The position numbers and the translations under genes are program-made. A DNA stretch of 63,989 bases, counting the filler, from Porpidia crustulata (Eukaryota): the NCBI GenBank assembly GCA_964255105.1. It is 4 parts of 4 records of this genome, joined end to end, with 100 filler letters (N's around TTAATTAATTAA, not from the genome) between each part and the next. Parts side by side here need not be neighbours in the genome. Positions count along the whole stretch, not along the records: positions 1 to 16,433 come from CAXUWE010000259.1; 3 more parts are not named here. One strand, written 5' to 3'. The notes below the pieces were generated by a model. It ran no database searches, was not told the DNA's origin, and saw only the letters and a list, made by a program, of their open reading frames with translations. Shown here in pieces: positions 1 to 11,788 of the stretch; the stretch's first letter is position 1, and every line of letters begins with the position of its first letter.

Positions 1-1142
1 CCACATTCCTGACGCCATTCCAATCCCTCGGCGCCAGCACCCCCTGCACCTCCTCCTTGCACAACCAGCACCAATCCGTCCAGACGAGCGCGTTGCCTGC
101 GAGGTTCGCCTGCCCGGCCATGATGCGGCCCTTCATGTAGAAGAGCTTTTCGCCGCGGCGCTCCGGGTCGAAGGCGGTGTGTTGGGGATAATTGATGGTG
201 AGGTGGGCGGCGGGGACATTGCCGACGATCCAGGTGTTCATGTTGGGGCCGCAGGATTGGATAAGGGTGCGTTCGGCGGCCTGTGGAGGGGTTTGTTAGC
301 GGCGTTAGTTTCATGAAGTAGGATTTTGAGGGGGAAGACTTGCGGTGTGTAGGCTTTCCTTGCCGACCATGAAGCTGCTGGGGAACACCCAGCGGTCGTT
401 CTTGTCGGATTTGACGAGCAGATATAAGGTTCGGTGTAGTAAGCGGTTCAGACTCCTGAGATCTCCTTTCTGGTCGGCTTCCGTGAGTCTTGGGTACGGC
501 CGTTCGATATCCTGCTTTTTTACAATGGAACTCTCTTCGCCTTCTTTGACTTCGACCTGTGCATCTCGGATCAGTGCTTCAATCTGCTCTTCTGGCTCGC
601 TCTCGCGGGATCCGTTCAGTAGCTCATCATTCCAGCCGTCTTGCGAGTATGCGTTGTAGACCCCGATATCTCTCGCCGCCGTGTGGCGCTCCTTGATTTT
701 CCGTTTCCATTCGACGTCCCCCGGCGTGCCTTTTTGATAGTAAAAGTAGCGGCTGAAGGGCAGGGCGAGGCGTTCATTGAGTCGTCGTTGGTAGAGGTAG
801 AAAGCTTTTTCAAACGGCGTGAGGTCGCGGGTTATGAGAGGGGGACGGGAAAGGAGAACGGCGGATTTGATTTTGTAGGAGGTGTGGTTGGAGCTTGAAA
901 GGGTACTGGTGGGGATGGCGCGGTCGGTGGGAGAGGACTTAATTGGGGAAGATGCAGGAGCGAACGCGATGGCGGAGGAGGCGAGGCGGCGATGGGAGAG
1001 GGTGAGGAGGCAGATTTGGCAGATTGATGGGTTCGGTTGGGGTTCTTGGGATGAATTAGTGGATTGCTTTGTCTAAGTGAAAGGGGAGTCAAGTACTTGG
1101 TTGTGGGGCAAGTCGCCGAAATACATTGTGGCCCCTAGTCAT
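1..1142 (-). CDS. MRPL17: Mitochondrial large-subunit ribosomal protein mL46 (MRPL17), 3' end outside window
   Basis: Manual minus-strand translation (missed by ORF track): ATG 1142, short intron, then YKIKSAVLLSRPPLITRDLTPFEKAFYLYQRRLNERL...RLTEADQKGDLRSLNRLLHRTLYLLVK...ESLHT, intron, AAERTLIQSCGPNMNTWIVGNVP...KLFYMKGRIMAGQ; typical fungal mL46 motifs. Confidence 0.85.
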
Positions 1143-1326
1143 TGCAATCACCGATTATGCATGGATGCACGGTAAAGTTGAGCAGGTTGGAAGCTTTTGT
1201 TGTTGGATGTGGATGTCCTGGAATTAATTTCAGGCTAAACCCTTTTGGTCAACTCTCCGCAGGCTTGCCGACATATTGCAGCATCTCCTGCCTCTTACTT
1301 TGACAGCGTAAAATCACTACGATGAG

Positions 1327-2945
1327 ATGCGAAGAGTTGTTGTCACAGGACTAGGAGCAGTAACACCACTGGCAGTTGGTATACTAACCAAATCAATGTG
1401 CCCGCATGAGTGCTCACCATTCCCAGGTGTCCGACGCACATGGAAACGTCTGCTAGAGGGCCATAGCGGAATCGTATTTCTCAGCGATTACCCAACCCTC
1501 GACCCAACAGCCCAAGCATGGACGCTACAAAATTGTATGGTCGCCGGGCTTGTACCACAGGAGGAACGAAGCAAAGATGGCGGATGGAAGGCTAGTGACT
1601 GGCTGAAACGTGATGTGAGTATATACTGCCAACGCTACTTCGGCGGAGCAGAGTGTTGACACTTACTAGGACGAACGCCGAATGTCGAAATTCATGCAGT
1701 ATGCAATAGCTGCTACTGCCGAAGCGCTCAAAGATTCCGGTTGGCTGCCAAAGAATGATTATGAGCAGGCAGTAACGGTGGGCATAGCTGCTGAAATCAC
1801 CTATGAGCTCACCCAGCTCACGAAATCCAGGGCGTATGCCTAGGCTCGGGTATTGGTAGCTTTGAAGAGATCTTTGATACTTCGATTAAATACGACAAGC
1901 ATGTGAGTCTCCGACCCTGTTCTCGCAACAAGCTACAAACCTCCTGACCTCGTTTCAGGGTCCCAAGAAAGTCTCCCCCTATTTCGTCCCTCAACTCCTC
2001 ATCAACCTTGCCGCCGGTCACATCTCCATTAAACACGGCTTCAAGGTCCTTCCCCCCACCCTCTCGCTATTGCCCCTGCAGTCTCTCTTCTGCCTAGTTG
2101 CACCATCCTGAATACGCTGCAAACCCTAGGGACCTACCCACGCAGTGACAACAGCCTGCACAACTGGCGCCCACTCTATCGGCGATGCCTCCCGCTTCAT
2201 CGCCTTCGGCGACGCAGACGTCATGATAGCCGGTGGCTCCGAATCCTGCATCCACCCCCTCGCCTTTACGGGATTCGAGCGATCACGCTCTCTCACCACT
2301 TCTCGTTATCAGAATGCGCAGCACGCATCTCGGCCCTTTGACAAGACTCGCGACGGTTTTGTTATTAGCGAGGGTGCTGCTGTGCTTGTGCTTGAAGAAC
2401 TTGAGCATGCACTCGCGCGGGACGCACCCATATATGCTGAAGTCGCCGGTTATGGCTGCTCCTCTGACGCTCACCACATTACCGCTCCTACGCCGTCCGG
2501 AGACGGTGCGGTTCGCGCTATGCGTCTTGCGCTCAAGAACGCCAATTTGCCGCCTGCCAAAGTCGACTATATCAACGCACATGCTACCTCTACGCCGCTG
2601 GGGGACGCAGCGGAGAACAGAGCAATCAAAACCCTAATGTTGAGCAGTCATGAAGGCAAACTCGCTCCCAGCGAAGTCAACGTGAGCAGCACCAAAGGCG
2701 CCGTTGGACATCTCTTGGGTGCCGCTGGGGCGCTGGAGGCAATCTTCAGCGTCTTAGCCATCAGGCACAATATACTCCCTCCGACGCTGAACCTGAGGCA
2801 GACGGACGGCGACGATTTTGACCTTAACTACGTACCGTTAGAGGCGCAGGAAATGCAGGTGGATGTAGTATTAACTAACAGCTTCGGCTTCGGCGGGACC
2901 AATGCGAGTTTGTGTTTTAAACGGCTCGGTGTTGCGCGGCATTAA
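1327..2945 (+). CDS. CEM1: Mitochondrial 3-oxoacyl-ACP synthase (KAS II-like), multi-exon
   Basis: [10 protein letters not shown] start, TTACTTG catalytic Cys, [33 protein letters not shown]; several GT-AG introns (e.g. 2046-2129). Head-to-head with MRPL17 across about 185 bp. Confidence 0.93.
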
Positions 2946-3220
2946 ATCACTGTCCTAGATTCAAGTAGCTGCCCGTGCTGTCGTGTTCTTTCTCGTCCGA
3001 AGCTGAAATCGATATATCGATATCTACGAGAAGGTGGACAAGAGCGTGCCGGACATCTTCTGAGACCCACACAAATGTTGTGTCGTACGTCGATCCGCAT
3101 ACCCGTAGAATTCAATGCACTACCAACATTCTGTCACAAACATCTCTGCAGCCCAATAGTCTCATATTCACATACCAATATCATGACACCAAGCTCAACA
3201 TGTACCAAGAGGTGAACACC

Positions 3221-3494
3221 CGCAGGGAGTGCCAAAAGTCAGTGGAGTCAGCCCTACCCAGGCATCTCCAGTCCCATCGACACATTGAATAGCTATTTAC
3301 ATGAAGCCATCATCATAAATCGACTTTCAGAGGCCTATCATCAAATTTAATTAGACGAGTGCATCGCCAGGGCATTCTTGAATGCGTGCCCGTATTTCCT
3401 TCATGTTAATTTAGTCTCATTCGAATTCGATATTTTATTGAGACTGAAGATGCCTGGGTAGGGCTGACTCCACTGACTTTTGGCGCCCCCTGCG
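3221..3494. mobile_element. MITE-like foldback element, 274 bp, 56-bp terminal inverted repeats
   Basis: 3221-3276 matches the reverse complement of 3439-3494 at 52/56 positions, with a perfect 37-bp core (GCCAAAAGTCAGTGGAGTCAGCCCTACCCAGGCATCT). Flanked by ACC on both sides (possible 3-bp TSD). No transposase. Confidence 0.75.
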
Positions 3495-3676
3495 ACCCAA
3501 CGTAACAAGATTAAGTAAACATTTTCATATTATACCCGATACAGCGTTTTTTAATCTGTAATTTATTTTTAGGTGTTTTGGTATTCTTTTCGGGCCGAGG
3601 CACAGTTGCCATGTGTATCAACAAATAACAAATACAAACAGCAACAACTTCTGTTCTCCTCGCTTTCACCCTCAAC

Positions 3677-4340
3677 ATGAATATTCAACCTAACTTTGAG
3701 CGGGTGTCCGAGGCATTTTCAACCGCCTCACAAGAGATCGTACGTATCCCAAATGTTCCAAGCTTCGATAACGGGCAGCGTATTCTCGAGGCAATTGAAG
3801 CCTTGACCAGAGCTGTTGGGAGCCTCCGATCAGACATGATCAGTCTTAGAACCGATGTGAACGGCCTCCGAACTAATATGAACGGCCTTCAGACCGATAT
3901 AAATGGCCTTCGAACCGAAACGAACGGCCTCAGAACCGATATGAACGGCCGCTTTGAGCTACTCGAACTTCGCATGAACGCAGAGTCAGTTTATTGTCTG
4001 CTCTGATCTAACCTTTTACTATACTAACATTGCTCTTATAGTGCGATCAACACGACAGCTAGACTCCACAACTCCTATATCACAAGCCGAGAGACTCCGC
4101 TTCATGCATTGCGCGATCAGCGTAACAGGACTATAAATGAGTTTCCCTCGAACATCTCTGAGCTGATGCGGTTGACAGGTAGATACAACCCTAATGGTGG
4201 GATTTTTCTGTCGAATTAACTGAGTGATAGGCCCTGCTCTTTCGAATCTGCTCGACCGTTACGGATTATCCACTGATGGAAATGCTGAAGTCAAGAAAAG
4301 AAGGCTCAAGCAGTCTATTGGGATCATTATCGATATCTGA
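3677..4340 (+). CDS. 184-aa coiled-coil protein with Mug135/DUF1773-like C-terminal domain (Tdk1-like architecture)
   Basis: Exons 3677-3984, 4042-4178, 4231-4340 (introns GTCAGT..CTAAC..TAG and GTAGAT..TTAAC..TAG) join in frame, 555 nt. C-terminus ARLHNSYITSRETPLHALRDQRNRTINEFPSNISELMRLTGPALSNLLDRYGLSTDGNAEVKKRRLKQSIGI. Confidence 0.8.
3827..3952 (+). repeat. Coding 21-bp tandem repeat, about 6 units (heptads)
   Basis: RSDMISL RTDVNGL RTNMNGL QTDINGL RTETNGL RTDMNGR; DNA unit approximately MGA ACC GAT ATG AAC GGC CTY. Confidence 0.92.
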
Positions 4341-5219
4341 GAAATTAAGAATTTGCTTGAGCATAGACAAAGACTCTAGATTTAGCGGTCGAAACCTCAG
4401 AAAGCAGATTAAGTGTGTAGATAATGGGATTAGAGAGCTTGCTACCACGCAGAGCGTTGCCTCAGGGCCATCAGCAACTGGGCCGAACATAATCGACTGG
4501 AATCTCGATCCGCGACCTGAGGGGCAGAAGAAAAGGGGCCAGATGCACATTCTACTTGGAGTTTTGGTTACAATGAAATAAGAATAACGCTAATGACACT
4601 TTCTGTTTGCATGGACGGTTATGTACACCACATTGGACTACAATTCTTTGAGAGCCGGATTATGCGATATGATCGGTGATGAGGGGTGATCTCTAGGTAG
4701 ATCTTCTAAAGACTTCGCTGAAACGCGAGGACCATTCATATTTGAAAAGGGAGACAAAAGGTATTATGATCTATCTTCCCCCTTAGCCTACTCCCAGGTC
4801 CGCTTCCTTTACGCTTGCCCTTTGACTAGCCCGCTGACTCCGAAGCTTGTCCAGCGAACCAAGTACCCTAGACCCAAGGAAAGTGACGAGGACAAAAACA
4901 CCTCTGTCAGTGATGGCGGCGGAGAGAAATCTAGATCTACGCGTTCCCGTTGGCCAAAGCTTTTTGTTTTCCCGTTCCTTGTCTGCCCAAAAAGTAAGAA
5001 AAGGTAGCTCGGCAGACTACAACATTTGCGCCCGGGCACCAATAACGCCCGCAGCTTAGCTTAGACGCCTGAGAACTTTCTGGTACATAAGAAAGCTATC
5101 AAGGAGAAAGTCTATCACGAGAACACCCAATGACACCATATCCTTTTAGTCAAAGTCGTAATGTCGTAGCGTAGAAAAAGTCATCATGATGAACTGCTTG
5201 GCATGGCTTTGTGGCCACC

Positions 5220-8200
5220 CTAAGACGTATGATATTCATCGCTCGTTGGGCTGGTCGGAGACTCCACGGTAGGAGCGGCTCGACGAGCTTCCTCAAAGTT
5301 CTCTCGGGGTGGGAGACTCTTCGTTGTCGTCGTACTCACACTGATGGCCGACGTCGGTCTAGCATTGTCTGCATTCACAGAACCGTAATCTATAGACACA
5401 TTTTCGTCTTCAATCGCTGACGGTACTGAAAGCTTCGACTCATCCCCAATCGCCGATCTCCGGACCTTCAATCGCTCTTCTGGGGACATGCCGTGCCATT
5501 CGGCTCCAAACGTAATCACCGACGCTTTTTTGCCATGGACAGTAAAGCTTCCGGCGCCTCTGGATAGACCTTCGTTCTCCGTCACAGATGAAGCACCATC
5601 TTCGGTCAGACCAGCGCTAGAGGCAGAGTCTCTGCCCTTTTTGCTTCGGTGGGGGGCTGGGACGTGGGACTCTCGGAGGGTACGATGTAGGCTGCGGCGA
5701 ACCTTGTTTCTACTTTCATTAAACTCATTATCGAGTGATCTGGCGATTTCTCGCCCGTTATCTTTTTCTGCGTCGCTTGACGTCTCAGGACGCTTTCCTT
5801 TTGGTGAAGGAGTATCTGGCGCTACCAAGCCAGCTTCTTTGAGGACTTTCTGTTCATCGTCATCGACACTTGGAGTTGGTGTTGCGAGCCTTGTTGCCAA
5901 CTCAGAAACTTTATCATTACCTCGATCACTGATCAAAGATGATTGATGTGTTAGAATATTTTCGGGGGAAGACGCCAGGCCATGGCTTGATCCTGATTTC
6001 CGCGATGTCCTCGTCGCTTCGAATGTCAGTGGTGGAAGTTCCCAAGAGCCTTGTTTCCGGTGGCTCCCAGCAGGCGGAGATTGCAGAGGCTGGAAGAATC
6101 TGTCTATGTCAAAACTCTTGGCCTGCGATGGCTGAGTAAATGGGCGAGCGGCAGCGTCTTGTTGCTCTCTCAGCTCGAGGCTACCCCTCTGGTCTAGAGC
6201 AGATTCATTCCTAACCAGTTCTTGTTTCCGAGGTCTCATATCCGTTATAGTCGTGTCCGATGGGGTCGGGGATTGGAAAGAGCGCTCAGTCTCGTTCTTC
6301 ATCTCTTCTTTAAGGTCCATGGCAAGAATATCCCTATGACATCGCGTCCGCCACAGCTCTACCCGGACCCATTTGATTCTTGCAGCCATGCCCCCAGCGG
6401 CAAGCACGACCTGTTCCCTCGTCTTGTTCTGAATAGGAGCAAGGATTTTTAAATGTCTTGCATTCCTGAGTTGGCCATCCAATTGTTTACCAGCTTCAGT
6501 GAGTAATTCGTCTGCTTCTGCTATTTTCTGGCGCATTATCTGTCGTCTCGCTAACTGTATCTCGCGAGCAAGTTCAATGCTGATCCCATTACTTTGTATG
6601 ATGACGTCGCCTGTTGCAGTCTGAATGGATTCTGCGGTCCTATCGGAGTCCATCCGTCGTACACCCCGAGCCCTCTGCCCTTCTTGACCCACCCCAACTA
6701 GGCCTCTCATACGGACACCAGCACTTCGAAATGCAGAAGCGTAGTTCAACTTTGCAAGCCAATCATTCATCTCTCCCTCAGTATCAGCAAGGATAATCTC
6801 TTCAAAGCCGCCATGACGAACGAAGATAAAGGCGTTCTTGTGCTTCTTGTAGGTACCGTCAACCAAGGCTACAGCATCTTCCGTGGATATCAAAGCGTCC
6901 GGCTTGAACTGTTCCAGCGGTGGCCTAAAGACAACGGGCGTACTCGCAAAGCCTAGTCGATGGTGTGAATCATGCTGGTACATCAGGGTCTTGACCCACG
7001 CAGTGTTGCGAAAGAAGTAGAGCTGAGAGCCGGTCAAGACTGCTCCCCACTCTTGCCAAGGGGATCGAGCTTTCTTTTTCTTCATATCCTTGCGCCAAAG
7101 AATACCTACCTTTGTGACTTTAATATCAACAACTCCATGGTGAGCTTCAGCAGGGTTTGTTGTGGTCTCGGGTGATTTGAATGCATCTGGTCGGGATCTG
7201 GAGGATACAATCTGAAGGACACCAGATTTGAAGAAAGTTTTGTGCAGATCAGCAAGATTCAAGGAGGGGGCCGTGCCAAGATAGCTATAAGGGTCGTCTA
7301 AAGTCATGGTGTCTTTGAACGATGGTCTAAGAGTCTCCAACTTGTTATCCAGGATAAGCGTGTAAGGGTCAACAGGTTCTCGAGATCGTTTCTTCAAAGA
7401 ATCCGTGCTAGCTTTCGCGAATACTTTCTTCCTTTGTTTATGGGCGATGATACGCTCACCATTTATGTCGACATCGTCTTCGACATGAATGAATGGAGTG
7501 TACGAAATGTTGTCATAGAAGCATTCAAGGATTTCATCAGCGACTCCTTGGCCCTTGGCATTTTTGGTATAGTCATTTTTCTGCATTTTGTGTTTGTTGT
7601 TCTTATTGAATACATCCGTATGAAGTATCAATATAGAGAAGGAGATGAAGTATGCCTCGTCTAGAAAACATGAGTACATGTCATGAAGGGTAAGGATTGC
7701 ACTGACCTGGGGAAGCGTATATGCCAGGATTACACTCATGATACCGATTTGCAAATGCCTGGAGAACCCGATCAATCTGCTGCGTTTCTTTAGGGAGCTC
7801 GACCTCCATTAAGAGCTTTCTGATAGACATATCCAACGGGTCTCCGAAAAAAATGAAGCTGCGCATGTAGCTACGTAAAACGTTCCTGGAAAATTCATCG
7901 TCCGACTTCGATAGGATAATCGCAACAACACCGCGGCTTACAGCTTCTTCGAGACGTGCCAAATATTTGGCTGGAGTATCTCCTTCTTGTCGTTCTGGAA
8001 CTACGGCAGGTTCTCTAGTCAGGCTGAACGAATGGTGCTTGGAACCACTATTCGAGATTGGCGTACCAGGGGCACCTGTCTGGCTCGAACTTTGCCTAGT
8101 GTAATTGGGTTCAGATCGCAAACGTGAAAGGTTGAAAAGACCCCCAAGACTTGCTCTCCCAGTAGTCGAAGAAGACGTCCTAGCTGACTGAGGCAGAGGC

Positions 8201-9465
8201 GGAGTGGGCTGATCCTCGTCACCAAACTTCGAATTCTTGGTTGAGGATCTACCTCGCTGACCAAGACGCGCTGGGGGATTCAAGACAGGCGAAGATCTAC
8301 CAGATCGTACGGATGTGGTGGAGTCCCTTCTAGTTGCGAAAGCTAAGGATGAAGGGAGATGAACTTTATGCGACGGTGACGGTAGTGGTGAGGGAAGTCC
8401 ATTAGATCCGCTACCAACGGGATATGGAGAACGAGCTGCTGTGACTGGACACGTTCTCGTGGGAGAATGACGACTTGGTGAACCTGAGGGTCGACCGCTT
8501 GTCGATACGCGAGGAGTCAAAGTCGAGCTGTCCAATGGTTCTGAAGGCGGAATCTTTACTGGTAAGGGAAATAAAGGTCCTTTCTTTTGTTTATTGCGCC
8601 TTGGAAGGCGGAAGAATGTCGTGGTGGTAGAGACAGTGTGGGTCGTTGTAGTTGTCGCGTACAGCCCATGTTCCCCGACACTCCCCTCAGACCTGGATGA
8701 CTCTGATAATCTTGGAGGAAAGATAGGCAATGCCAATGTAGAGTTTATGTCGTCACCGTAAGCTGGAGGATCGTGTGTATCTCGAGATCGTTTAAGTTGA
8801 TCAAAAGTCACCCTGGATGCTCGAGCGCTCTCAGTTGCGGCATTGGAATCGGAGAGCCTAGGTTGAGAACCCCTATCTGAAAGTGATGCCCGGGGTTCAG
8901 TCGAAAGTATTTGCAGCTTTTCTTGGGTCTTCCGACGGCGAGGAAAAGTGAACGTTGATTTTTTCTTCGAAGGTTTTTCGAAGGGGTCTATAGTTGGTGC
9001 TGTCGGTGCTGTAGTAATGATCGCAGGTGCTACGCTCAGTTCGTTAGTATCAGGATTTCGGTCGTGCAGGACTATTGTCAACGCCGCGTCAGAGAGATAC
9101 TCACTTCCAGGCATGGGATGTGTAGGCCTATTTGCTTGTTCCCTGGCGGTTTTTGAGAGCTGTGAATCCGAAGCATGTCTGAATTTGAGCATACTGAACC
9201 GCTGCTGTCTTGGATTACGCTCTCGTAGTGCTGGACTTGACGGTCTCACGATTGACGCACCGTCTACCGAGACATTGGTCGGCTCAGCAAGTCCTTGAGC
9301 AGTCGGAGGAGGCTCTGGAGTTGGAATGACGTTCATCACCATCGCATTGGCTTCATGAGCAAAGTCATTCACACTTTGGCCCCTAAGTTGGATAGGATCT
9401 ATTGTGCTGTGCCTGCGGAGGCTCCCGTCGGACGATCTGTTGACACGAAGACGGCTCCAAGGCAT
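5220..9465 (-). CDS. Sec7 + PH domain Arf guanine-nucleotide exchange factor (Syt1-like)
   Basis: Sec7 motifs ELPKETQQIDRVLQAFANRYHECNP and YFISFSILILHTDVFNKNNKHKM; PH domain KVGILWRKD...WQEWGAVLTGSQLYFF...WLAKLNYA. Intron 7661-7706 joins the two ORFs; a probable in-frame intron lies near 9030-9103. Confidence 0.9.
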
Positions 9466-9901
9466 ATTGATAGAAGGCTTGTGGGAATGTCATTGGGAAC
9501 GAGGCTGGATTGATAGATAAATGTTGTATACGTGTTTGCGATGAGATCATCTGTGTAAGAGTAGCTCGCAGGGCTGACGACTGGTGGATAGGGACATAGA
9601 AACGAACGGTAATGAATGACAAGGTTGAAGACAATGGTCACGATATTGAAAGTACTATTCCGAGCTTGCTGAAGGATCAGCTCTCAAAGAGACTTCGTAC
9701 TCAAAGAGTAGATATCTCTTTCCCAGGACTCCTTACGGACATCTTCACCGCTAGACTCAGCTGGGTTGAGCTAGTTTTTTGTCCTGAAGAGCTCTAAGGC
9801 AACAATATCAATATCTTATTGTCCAATCTACTACATCTAGCTAGGTAGCGTGGTAGCTACCTAAATGTTATGATTGTGAAACAGCTTCTCAAGAGATCAT
9901 C

Positions 9902-11788
9902 ATGCGCTGTCTATATAACCTATTGACCCTTTCATCATCCATTCTTATATGGACTTTGAAAGCCACCTCCGCAAGGTCCGCTATCGTGCCCGATAACCTA
10001 CAACAACCTTTCTCCCTACCTTTCCCAATCCCCCACGTCCCACAGTATGCGCACGTCGAAAAGTCTCACAATGACAGACGATTACTCGTACGAATCAGGA
10101 ATCGCGTCGTTCAAGCCCTTTGGAAGATACCTATACAGCAGCGGCTGAGCTCAGGTAGCCCTGAATCAGCCTTGAGAAGTAGCCCTCCTGCTCACCTCCT
10201 AGCAAGATATGGAGAAGATCTTGTGCTTCGATTCAAGATCCGTTCGGTTGAGGAAGCAAAAGCTCTTGCTGACGCAATCAATGTCCTTTTCTTGGATGTA
10301 TGGGAGTTCACCACGGAATGGGTTGATATCAGACTGGCGAAGGATGTTGTAAGACTTACACCCAAACAATGTGGTGCTTTGAGCTCTTCTGACTTTCCCT
10401 AGGTTCCTTCCTTACTTGGCCTACTGCCGACATCGCTACAGCATGCACATTCTCCATTGATGCACAACCTAGCCCAAGCCATCTTTGAATCGTACCCATC
10501 CCTCACCATTGTTGACCCTTCTCCACCATCCCACGATGACCGCAATGCCTTCAGCCCAACTCTCCGCCCCTCAAGCTCACAAACGAATATCTTCTTTCAA
10601 AACTATCAACCCCTCTCAGTCATAATACCTTGGATGCGCCTGCTCCAATCTCTCTTCCCTTCCCATGTCCGTATGATCAATATCGGCCTCTCGTACGAAG
10701 GTCGCGATATCCCGGCATTTCGTGTTGGCGTCCATCCCACCAATGCTGAAAGACCTTCTACACCGCGAAAAACGGTCATCATCGCTGGCGGCTCTCACGC
10801 CCGTGAGTGGATCAGCACGAGCACTGTCAACTACGTTGCGTACTCCTTTATCACTGTTTATGGAAAGTCGAAGTCTATGACTAAGCTTCTCGAGAACTTC
10901 GACTGGGTGTTCATTCCCACACTCAACCCAGATGGCTATGTCTACAGCTGGGAAACCGACCGCCTTTGGCGAAAGAACCGCCAAGAAACGTCGCTCCGCT
11001 TTTGCCGTGGTGTGGACCTTGATCGAGCCTACGGATTCGAATGGGACGCCGAGTCCACTCGAAACAATCCCTGCTCCGAAAGCTTCTCCGGCGATGGACC
11101 CTTCCAAGGTGTCGAGGCCCGACGCTTCGCAAACTGGGTGCGCAACGAGACCGAGCACAACAATGCCCAAATTGTCGCCTTTCTCGACTTTCATAGTTAT
11201 TCCCAGCAAGTCCTCTACCCGTACTCATACTCCTGCACCTCTGCGCCGCCTTCCCTCGAAAACCTTGAGGAATTGGCCACAGGGCTTGCAAAAGCCATTC
11301 GCCTCACTAGTGGCGCGGTTTATGGTGTCACATCTGCCTGCGAAGGCAGTGTCAACGTCAATGACCAACTCCCTCCAACACATTCAGACTCCGCGGGGAC
11401 CAAAGGCTCCAACGCCGTTCTTCCGCGCATGGAAAGCGGCGGCGGCAGCGCCCTCGACTGGTTCTATCACGAGTTCCGCGTACGCTACGCCTACCAGATC
11501 AAATTACGGGACACTGGGTCGTATGGGTTTCTGCTACCGAGCGAGAATATTGTGCCAACGGGCAAGGAGGCACTTGGGGCGGTGGAATATTTGGGGGAGT
11601 TTTTGTTGGGAAATAAGGGTATTGAGAAAGAGAAGGGAAAGACAGAGGAGGCGCGTGGTAGCAAAGAACTTGCGAAGACTAAGGCATTGGAAGACAAGGA
11701 AGCAGAACTGAACGGGGATGCAGATCCGGATGCGAATCTAGGTGCTGAGGATCGGGGCCAGGAATCGAGGAGGCGGAAGAGGAGATGA
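9902..11788 (+). CDS. ECM14: M14 zinc carboxypeptidase-like protein Ecm14 (pseudopeptidase)
   Basis: Signal peptide and propeptide, intron about 10349-10402, motifs [38 protein letters not shown] has Lys where active enzymes have the catalytic Glu. Confidence 0.92.

Noticed and set aside
3827..3952. CRISPR-like array
   Set aside because: No spacers; a coding heptad repeat in a eukaryote.
11490..11540. Loss of the catalytic Glu in the carboxypeptidase
   Set aside because: Known family-wide property of Ecm14.
10616..11711. Long overlapping or antisense ORFs within ECM14, PRM1, eIF4G and others
   Set aside because: Shadow frames caused by GC-rich codon usage.
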